Shown here piece after piece: positions 54,701-64,000 of a stretch of DNA of 64,000 bases. The stretch covers positions 205,716,001-205,780,000 of the forward strand of contig OZ024743.1 of NCBI GenBank assembly GCA_964016885.1. Direction: 5' to 3'. The position numbers and the translations under genes were made by a program. Origin of the DNA: Eledone cirrhosa (Eukaryota). Below the pieces are notes generated by a model. It was given only the letters and a program-made list of their open reading frames with translations. It searched no databases and had not been told where the DNA came from. Every line of letters begins with the position of its first letter. Positions within the stretch are counted from its first letter, which is position 1.

Positions 54701-57700
54701 TCCGCCTGATTTTTTTTAAATTATCTCCCCTTGGCTGGATGGAAATTATCTCCCCTTGGACGGCTGGAAATTATCTCCCCTTGCACGGCTGGAAATTATC
54801 TTCCCTTGGACGGCTAGAAATTACCTCTCCTTGGACGGCTGAAAATGATCTCCCCTTGGACGGCTGGAAATTATCTCCCCCTGATTTTTTTTACAAATTA
54901 TCTCCCCTTGCACGGCTGGAAATTATCTCCCCTTGGACGGCTGGAAATTATCTGCCCTTGATTTTGTTTTTACAAATTATCTCCCCCTGATTTTTTTTAC
55001 AAATTATCTCCACCTGATATTTTAAAAAATTATCTCCCCTTGGACGGCTGGAAATTATCTCCCCTTGGCTGGAAATTATCTCCCCTTGGACGGCTAGAAA
55101 TTATCTCTCTTTGGACGGCTGGAAATTATCTCCCCTTGATTCTTTTTACAAATTATCTCCCCCTGATTTTTTTTACAAATCTCCCAGTGATTTTTTAAAA
55201 AAAATTATCTCCCCTTCGCTGGCTGGAAATTATCTCCCCTTGGACGCTGGAAATTATAGCCCCTTGGACGCTGGAAATTATCTTCCCTTGGACGGCTGGA
55301 AATTATCTCCCCTTGATTTTTTTACAAATTATCTCCCCCTGATTTTTTTTTACAAATTATCTCCCCCTGATTTTTTTTTTACAAATTATCTCCCCTTGGA
55401 CGGGTGGAAATTATCTCCCCTTGGACGGCTTGAAATTATCTCCCCTTGGACGGCTAGAAATTACCTCTCCTTGGACGGCTGAAAATTATCTCCCCTTGAT
55501 TTTTTTTACAAATTATCTCCCCCTGATTTTATTTTACATATTATCTACCCCTGATTTTTTTTTACAAATTATCTCCACCTGATCTTTTTTACAAATTATC
55601 TCCCCCTGATTTTTTTTTTACAGATTATCTCCCCCTGATTTTTTTACAAATTATCTCCCCCTGATTTTTTTTTCAATTTATCTCCGCCTGATTTTTTTAA
55701 ATATTATCTTCCCTTGGCTGGCGGGAAATTATCTCCCCTTGGACGGCTGGAAATTATCTCCCCTTGGAAGGATGGAAATTATCTCCCCTTGGACGGCTGG
55801 AAATTATCTCCCCTTGCACTGCTGGAAATTATCTCCCCTTGGACGGCTGGAAATTATCTCCCCTTGGCTGGAAATTATCTCCCCTTGGACGGCTAGAAAT
55901 TATCTCTCTTTGGACGGCTGGAAATTATCTCCCCTTGATTTTTTTACAAATTATCTCCCCCTGATTTTTTTTACAAATCTCCCAGTGATTTTTTTTAAAA
56001 AATTATCTCCCCTTCGCTGCCTGGAAATTATCTCCCCTTGGACGCTGGAAATTATAGCCCCTTGGAGGGCTGGAAATTATCTTCCCTTGGACGGCTGGAA
56101 ATTATCTCCCCTTGATTTTTTTTACAAATTATCTCCCCCTGATTTTTTTTTACAAATTATCTCCCCCTGATTTTTTTTTACAAATTATCTCCCCCTGATT
56201 TTTTTTACAACTTATCTCCGCCTGATTTTTTAAAAAAAATTATCTCCCCTTGGACGGCTGGAAATTATCTCCCCTTGGACGGCTGGAAATTATCTCTCCT
56301 TGGACGGCTAGAAATTACCTCTCCTTGGACGGCTGAAAATTATCTCCCCTTGGACGGCTGGAAATTATCTCCCCTTGATTTTTTTTACAAATTATCTCCC
56401 CCTGATTTTTTTTTACAAATTATCTCCCCCTGATTTTTTTACAAATTATCTCCCCCTGATTTTTTTTTACAAATTATCTCCCCCTGATTTTTTTTACAAA
56501 TTATATCCCCTTGGCTGGCTGGAAATTATCTCCCCTTGGAGGCTGGAATTTATCTCCCCTTGGACGGCTAGAAATTACCTCTCCTTGGACGGCTGGAAAT
56601 TATGTCTCCTTGGACGGTTGGAAATTATCTCCCCTTGGACGGCTGGAAACTATCTCCCCTTGGACGGCTGGAAATTATCTCCCCTTGGACGGCTCGATAT
56701 TACCTCTCCTTGGACGGCTGGAAATTATCTGCCCTTGGACGGCTGGAAATTATCTCCCCTTGGACGGCTGGAAATTATTTCCCCTTGATTTTTTTTACAA
56801 ATTATCTCCCCCTGATTTTTTTTTACAAATCTCCACCTAATTAAAAAAAAAATTATCTCCCCTTCGCTGGCTGGAAATTATCTTCCTCTGGACGGCTGGA
56901 AATTATAGCCGCTTGTAGGGCTGGAAATTATCTCCCCTTGGACGGCTGGAAATTATCTCCCCTTGATTTTTTTTACTAAGTATCTCACCCTGATTTTTTT
57001 TTACAAATTATCTCCGCCTGATTTTTAAAAAAAAATTATCTCCCCTTGGCTGGATGGAAATTATCTCCCCTTGGACGGCTGGAAATTATCTTCCCTTGAT
57101 TTCTTCTACAAATTATCTACCCCTGATTTTTTTTTACAAATTATCTCTCCCTGATTTTTTTTTACAAATATCTCCCCTCCGCTGGCTGACAAATCATCTC
57201 CGCCTGATTTTTTTAAAAACTTATCTCCCTTGGCTTGCTGGAAATTATCTCCCCTTGGACGGCTATAAATTATCTCTCCTTCGACGGCTGGAAATTATCT
57301 CCCCTTGATTTTTTTACAAATTATCTCCCCCTGATTTTTTTTTACCAATCTACCCCTGATTTAAAAAAAAATTATCTCTCCTTCGCTGGCTGGAAATTAT
57401 CTCCCCTTGGACGGCTGGAAATTATCTCCCCTTGATTTTTTTTACAAATTATCTACCCTGATTTTTTTACAAATTATCTCCCCCTGATTTTTTTTTACAA
57501 ATTATCCCCCCCTGATTTTTTTTTTTACAAATTATCTCCGCCTGATTTTTTTAAAATTATCTCCCCTTGGCTGGATGGAAATTATCTCCCCTTGGACGGC
57601 TGGAAATTATCTCCCCTTGCACGGCTGGAAATTATCTTCCCTTGGACGGCTAGAAATTACCTCTCCTTGGACGGCTGAAAATTATCTCCCCTTGGACGGC

Positions 57701-60700
57701 TGGAAATTATCTCCCCCTGATTTTTTTTACAAATTATCTCCCCTTGCACGGCTGGAAATTATCTCCCCTTGGACGGCTGGAAATTATCTGCCCTTGATTT
57801 TGTTTTTACAAATTATCTCCCCCTGATTTTTTTTACAAATTATCTCCACCTGATATTTTAAAAAATTATCTCCCCTTGGACGGCTGGAAATTATCTCCCC
57901 TTGGCTGGAAATTATCTCCCCTTGGACGGCTAGAAATTATCTCTCTTTGGACGGCTGGAAATTATCTCCCCTTGATTCTTTTTACAAATTATCTCCCCCT
58001 GATTTTTTTTACAAATCTCCCCCTAATTTAAAAAAAAATTATCTCCCCTTCGCTGGCTGGAAATTATCTCCCCTTGGACGCTGAAAATTATAGCCCCTTG
58101 GAGGCTGGAAATTATCTTCCCTTGGACGGCTGGAAATTATCTCCCCTTGATTTTTTTACAAATTATCTCCCCCTGATTTTTTTTTACAAATTATCTCCCC
58201 CTGATTTTTTTTTTACAAATTATCTCCCCTTGGACGGGTGGAAATTATCTCCCCTTGGACTGCTTGAAATTATCTCCCCTTGGACGGCTAGAAATTACCT
58301 CTCCTTGGACGGCTGAAAATTATCTCCCCTTGATTTTTTTTACAAATTATCTCCCCCTGATTTTTTTTTTTACAAATTATCTCCCCCTGATTTTATTTTA
58401 CATATTATCTACCCCTGATTTTTTTTTACAAATTATCTCCACCTGATCTTTTTTACAAATTATCTCCCCCTGATTTTTTTTTACAAATTATCTCCCCCTG
58501 ATTTTTTTACAAATTATCTCCCTCTAATTTATTTTACAAATTATCTCCGCCTGATTTTTTTAAATATTATCTTCCCTTGGCTGGCGGGAAATAATCTCCC
58601 CTTGGACGGCTGGAAATTATCTCCCATTGGAAGGATGGAAATTATCTTCCCTTGAACGGCTGGAAATTATCTCCCCTTGCACGGCTGGAAATTATCTCCC
58701 CTTGGACGGCTGGAAATTATCTCCCCTTGGATGGCTAGAAATTATCTCTCTTTGGACGGCTGGAAATTATCTCCCCTTGATTTTTTTTACAAATTATCTC
58801 CCCCTGATTTTTTTTACAAATCTCCCAGTGATTTTTAAAAAAAAATTATCTCCCTTTCGCTGGCTGGAAATTATCTCCCCTTGGACGCTGGAAATTATAG
58901 CCCCTTGGAGGGCTGGAAATTATCTTCCCTTGGATGGCTGGAAATTATCTCCCCTTGATTTTTTTACATATTATCTCCCCCTGATTTTTTTTACAACTTA
59001 TCTCCGCCTGATTTTTTTAAAAAAATTATCTCCCCTTGGACGGCTGGAAATTATCTCCCCTTGGACGGCTGGAAATTATCTCTCCTTGGACGGCTAGAAA
59101 TTACCTCTCCTTGGACGGCTGAAAATTATCTCCCCTTGGACGGCTGGAAATTATCTCCCCTTGATTTTTTTTACAAATTATCTCCCCCTAATTTTTTTTA
59201 CAAATTATCTCCCCCTGATTTTTTTTACAAATTATATTCCCTTGGCTGGCTGGAAATTATCTCCCCTTGGAGGCTGGAATTTATCTCCCCTTGGACGGCT
59301 AGAAATTACCTCTCCTTGGACGGCTGGAAATTATGTCTCCTTGGACGGCTGGAAATTATCTCCCCTTGGACGGCTGGAAATTATCTCCCCTTGGACGGCT
59401 GGAAATTATCTCCCCTTGATTTTGTATACAAATTATCTCCCCCTGATATTTTTTTACAAATTATCTGCCCCTGATTATTTTTTACAAATTAGCTCCGCCT
59501 GATTTTTTTTTAAAATTATCTCCCCTTGGACGGCTGGAAATTATCTCCCCTTGGACGGCTGGAAATTATCTCCCCTTGAACGGCTAGAAATTACCTGTCC
59601 TTGGACGGCTGAAAATTATCTCCCCTTGGACGGCTGGAAATTATCTCCCCTTGATTTTTTACAAATTATCTCCCCCTGATTTTTTTTACAAATTATCTCC
59701 CCCTGATTTTTTTTTACAAATTATCTACCCCTGATTTTTTTTACAAATCTCCCAGTGATTTTTTTAAAAAAATTATCTCCCCTTCGCTGGCTGGAAATTA
59801 TCTCCCCTTGGACGCTGGAAATTATAGCCCCTTGGAGGGCTGGAAGTTATCTTTCCTTGGAGGGCTGGAAATTATCTTCCCTTGGACGGCTGGAAATTAT
59901 CTCCCCTTGATTTTTTTTACAAATTATCTCCCCCTGATTTTTTTTTACAAATTATCTCCCCCTGATTTTTTTTTTACAAATTATCTCCGCCTGATTTTTT
60001 TTTAAAATTATCTCCCCTTGGACGGCTGGAAATTATCTCCCCTTGGACGGCTGGAAATTATCTCCCCTTGGACGGCTAGAAATTACCTCTCCTTGGACGG
60101 CTTAAAATTATCTCCCCTTGATTTTTTTTTACAAATTATCTACCCCTGATTTTTTTTTACAAATTATCTACGCCTGATTTTTTTTTCCAAATTATCTCCC
60201 CCTGATTTTTTTTTACAAATTATCTCCCCCTGTTTTTTTTTACAAATTATTTCCCCCTGATTATTTTACAAATTATCTCCGCCTGATTTTTTTAAATATT
60301 ATCTTCCCTTGGCTGGCGGGAAATTATCTCCCCTTGGACGCCTGGAAATTATCTCCCCTTGGAAGGATGGAAATTATCTCCCCTTGGACGGCTGGAAATT
60401 ATCTCCCCTTGCACTGCTGGAAATTATCTCCCCTTGGACGGCTGGAAATTATCTCCCCTTGGCTGGAAATTATCTCCCCTTGGACGGCTAGAAATTATCT
60501 CTCTTTGGACGGCTGGAAATTATCTCCCCTTGATTTTTTTACAAATTATCTCCCCCTGATTTTTTTACAAATCTCCCAGTGTTTTTTTTTAAAAATTATC
60601 TCCCCTTCGCTGGCTGGAAATTATCTCCCCTTGGACGCTGGAAATTATAGCCCCTTGGAGGGCTGGAAATTATCTTCCCTTGGACGGCTGGAAATTATCT

Positions 60701-63690
60701 CCCCTTGATTTTTTTTTACAAATTATCTCCCCCTGATTTTTTTTTACAAATTATCTCCCCCTGATTTTTTTTTACAAATTATCTCCCCCTGATTTTTTTT
60801 ACAACTTATCTCCGCCTGATTTTTTAAAAAAAATTATCTCCCCTTGGACGGCTAGAAATTACCTCTCCTTGGACGGCTGAAAATTATCTCCCCTTGGACG
60901 GCTGGAAATTATCTCCCCTTGATTGTTTTTACAAATTATCTCCCCCTGATTTTTTTTTACAAATTATCTCCCCCTGATTTTTTTTACAAATTATCTCCCC
61001 CTGATTTTTTTTTACAAATTATCTCCCCCTGATTTTTTTTACAAATTATATCCCCTTGGCTGGCTGGAAATTATCTCCCCTTGGAGGCTGGAATTTATCT
61101 CCCCTTGGACGGCTAGAAATTACCTCTCCTTGGACGGCTGGAAATTATGTCTCCTTGGACGGCTAGAAATTACCTCTCCTTGGACGGCTGAAAATTATCT
61201 CCCCTTGGACGGCTGGAAATTATCTCCCCTTGATTTTTTTTACAAATTATCTCCCCCTGATTTTTTTTACAAATTATCTCCCCCTGATTTTTTTTTACAA
61301 ATTATCTCCCCCTGATTTTTTTTACAAATTATATCCCCTTGGCTGGCTGGAAATTATCTCCCCTTGGAGGCTGGAATTTATCTCCCCTTGGACGGCTAGA
61401 AATTACCTCTCCTTGGACGGCTGGAAATTATGTCTCCTTGGACGGCTGGAAATTATCTCCCCTTGGACGGCTGGAAATTATCTCCCCTTGGACGGCTGGA
61501 AATTATCTCCCCTTGGACGGCTAGATATTACCTCTCCTTGGACGGCTGGAAATTATCTGCCCTTGGACGGCTGGAAATTATCTCCCCTTGGACGGCTGGA
61601 AATTATTTCCCCTTGATTTTTTTTACAAATTATCTCCCGCTGATTTTTTTTTACAAATCTCCACCTAATTAAAAAAAAAATTATCTCCCCTTCGCTGGCT
61701 GGAAATTATCTTGCTTTGGACGGCTGGAAATTATAGCCGCTTGTAGAGCTGGAAATTATCTCCCCTTGGACGGCTGGAAATTATCTCCCCTTGATTTTTT
61801 TTACTAAGTATCTCACCCTGATTTTTTTTTACAAATTATCTCCGCCTGATTTTTAAAAAAAAATTATCTCCCCTTGGCTGGATGGAAATTATCTCCCCTT
61901 GGACGGCTGGAAATTATCTTCCCTTGATTTCTTCTACAAATTATCTACCCCTGATTTTTTTTACAAATTATCTCTCCCTGATTTTTTTTTACAAATATCT
62001 CTCCTTGGCTGGCTGGAAATTATCTCCCCTTGGCTGGCTGGAAATTATCTCCCCCTGATATTTTTTTACAAATTAGCTCCCCCTGATTTTTTTTACAAAT
62101 TATCTCCCCCTGATTTTTTTTTACAAATTATCCCCCCCTGATTTTTTTTTTTACAAATTATCTCCGCCTGATTTTTTTAAAATTATCTCCCCTTGGCTGG
62201 ATGGAAATTATCTCCCCTTGGACGGCTGGAAATTATCTCCCCTTGCACGGCTGGAAATTATCTTCCCTTGGACGGCTAGAAATTACCTCTCCTTGGACGG
62301 CTGAAAATTATCTCCCCTTGGACGGCTGGAAATTATCTCCCCCTGACTTTTTTTACAAATTATCTCCCCTTGCACGGCTGGAAATTATCTCCCCTTGGAC
62401 GGCTGGAAATTATCTGCCCTTGATTTTGTTTTTACAAATTATCTCCCCCTGATTTTTTTTACAAATTATCTCCACCTGATATTTTAAAAAATTATCTCCC
62501 CTTGGACGGCTGGAAATTATCTCCCCTTGGCTGGAAATTATCTCCCCTTGGACGGCTAGAAATTATCTCTCTTTGGACGGCTGGAAATTATCTCCCCTTG
62601 ATTCTTTTTACAAATTATCTCCCCCTGATTTTTTTTACAAATCTCCCCCTAATTTAAAAAAAAATTATCTCCCCTTCGCTGGCTGGAAATTATCTCCCCT
62701 TGGACGCTGAAAATTATAGCCCCTTGGAGGCTGGAAATTATCTTCCCTTGGACGGCTGGAAATTATCTCCCCTTGATTTTTTTACAAATTATCTCCCCCT
62801 GATTTTTTTTTACAAATTATCTCCCCCTGATTTTTTTTTTACAAATTATCTCCCCTTGGACGGGTGGAAATTATCTCCCCTTGGACGGCTTGAAATTATC
62901 TCCCCTTGGACGGCTAGAAATTACCTCTCCTTGGACGGCTGAAAATTATCTCCCCTTGATTTTTTTTACAAATTATCTCCCCCTGATTTTTTTTTTTACA
63001 AATTATCTCCCCCTGATTTTATTTTACATATTATCTACCCCTGATTTTTTTTTACAAATTATCTCCACCTGATCTTTTTTACAAATTATCTCCCCCTGAT
63101 TTTTTTTTTACAAATTATCTCCCCCTGATTTTTTTACAAATTATCTCCCCCTAATTTATTTTACAAATTATCTCCGCCTGATTTTTTTAAATATTATCTT
63201 CCCTTGGCTGGCGGGAAATAATCTCCCCTTGGACGGCTGGAAATTATCTCCCCTTGGAAGGATGGAAATTATCTTCCCTTGGACGGCTGGAAATTATCTC
63301 CCCTTGCACGGCTGGAAATTATCTCCCCTTGGACGGCTGGAAATTATCTCCCCTTGGATGGCTAGAAATTATCTCTCTATGGACGGCTGGAAATTATCTC
63401 CCCTTGATTTTTTTTACAAATTATCTCCCCCTGATTTTTTTTACAAATCTCCCAGTGATTTTTAAAAAAAAATTATCTCCCTTTCGCTGGCTGGAAATTA
63501 TCTCCCCTTGGACGCTGGAAATTATAGCCCCTTGGAGGGCTGGAAATTATCTTCCCTTGGACGGCTGGAAATTATCTCCCCTTGATTTTTTTTACATATT
63601 ATCTCCCCCTGATTTTTTTTACAACTTATCTCCGCCTGATTTTTTAAAAAAAATTATCTCCCCTTGGACGGCTGGAAATTATCTCCCCTT
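48690..63690 (+). repeat. ~15-kb block colinear with ~6940-22045 (offset ~41.7 kb)
   Basis: Offsets are 7041->48790 (41749), 10815->52514 (41699), 13466->55111 and 15930->57575 (41645), and 21583->63229 (41646). Confidence 0.9.
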
Positions 63691-64000
63691 GGACGGCTGG
63701 AAATTATCTCTCCTTGGACGGCTAGAAATTACCTCTCCTTGGACGGCTGAAAATTATCTCCCCTTGGACGGCTGGAAATTATCTCCCCTTGATTTTTTTT
63801 ACAAATTATCTCCCCCTAATTTTTTTTACAAATTATCTCCCCCTGATTTTTTTTACAAATTATATTCCCTTGGCTGGCTGGAAATTATCTCCCCTTGGAG
63901 GCTGGAATTTATCTCCCCTTGGACGGCTAGAAATTACCTCTCCTTGGACGGCTGGAAATTATGTCTCCTTGGACGGCTGGAAATTATCTCCCCTTGGATG
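57480..64000 (+). repeat. 4.626-kb period sub-repeat (57480-59375 repeated at 62105-64000, truncated by window end)
   Basis: Offsets 57575->62201, 58074->62700 and 58255->62881 are all 4626. Confidence 0.87.

Larger units (their letters stand above)
1..64000 (+). repeat. Composite tandem satellite array of 25-bp A monomers (gacggctggaaattatctccccttg) and ~26-29-bp B monomers (attttttttacaaattatctccccctg) sharing the core aaattatctcccc
   Basis: The core or a close variant recurs every ~21-29 bp from the first to the last line, always in the same orientation. No non-satellite sequence was seen, and the array runs off both window ends. Confidence 0.99.

Noticed and set aside
691-63465. Numerous + strand ORFs of 60-282 aa (DGWKLSPLGRLEIISPWTAGNYLPL repeats)
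   Set aside because: The 25-bp A monomer has no stop codon in any + frame and cycles through frames, giving the same peptide in overlapping frames. T-tract length changes shift frame freely and most starts are TTG. The minus strand has TAA in nearly every monomer, which explains the absence of minus ORFs.
1-64000. CRISPR-like array (constant repeat plus spacer)
   Set aside because: The core is only 13 bp, the linkers are two recurring 12-16-bp types rather than unique spacers, and there is no leader or cas gene.
1-64000. Telomerase-made telomeric repeat (long yeast-type unit, G-rich strand)
   Set aside because: Two interleaved monomer types and multi-kb duplications carrying inherited variants indicate recombinational amplification, not template synthesis. 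A subtelomeric location cannot be excluded.
1-64000. A/B order as an information-bearing binary code
   Set aside because: The order is adequately explained by nested duplications and monomer slippage, and nothing in the sequence indicates a readout mechanism.

Overview
The whole 64 kb window is one uninterrupted, head-to-tail satellite DNA array, most likely eukaryotic heterochromatic or centromere-like DNA (organism not identifiable from the sequence). I saw no genes, RNA genes, transposons or inversions. It is built from two short monomers that share a 13-bp core, AAATTATCTCCCC. Type A is GACGGCTGG-AAATTATCTCCCC-TTG (25 bp, GC-richer). Type B is A(T)7-10AC-AAATTATCTCCCC-CTG (about 26-29 bp, T-tract). 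They alternate in short runs with stereotyped switch monomers. On top sits a nested hierarchy of duplications: older ones of about 0.3, 0.6 and 1.16 kb, and recent near-identical ones at offsets of about 4.6, 7.5, 8.35, 9.1, 11.1-11.4 and 41.7 kb. Several recombination junctions can be read directly from diagnostic monomer variants. All listed ORFs are artefacts of the 25-bp monomer, which has no stop codon on the + strand. Block offsets come from the ORF track and by-eye comparison, so boundaries are approximate to about one monomer.
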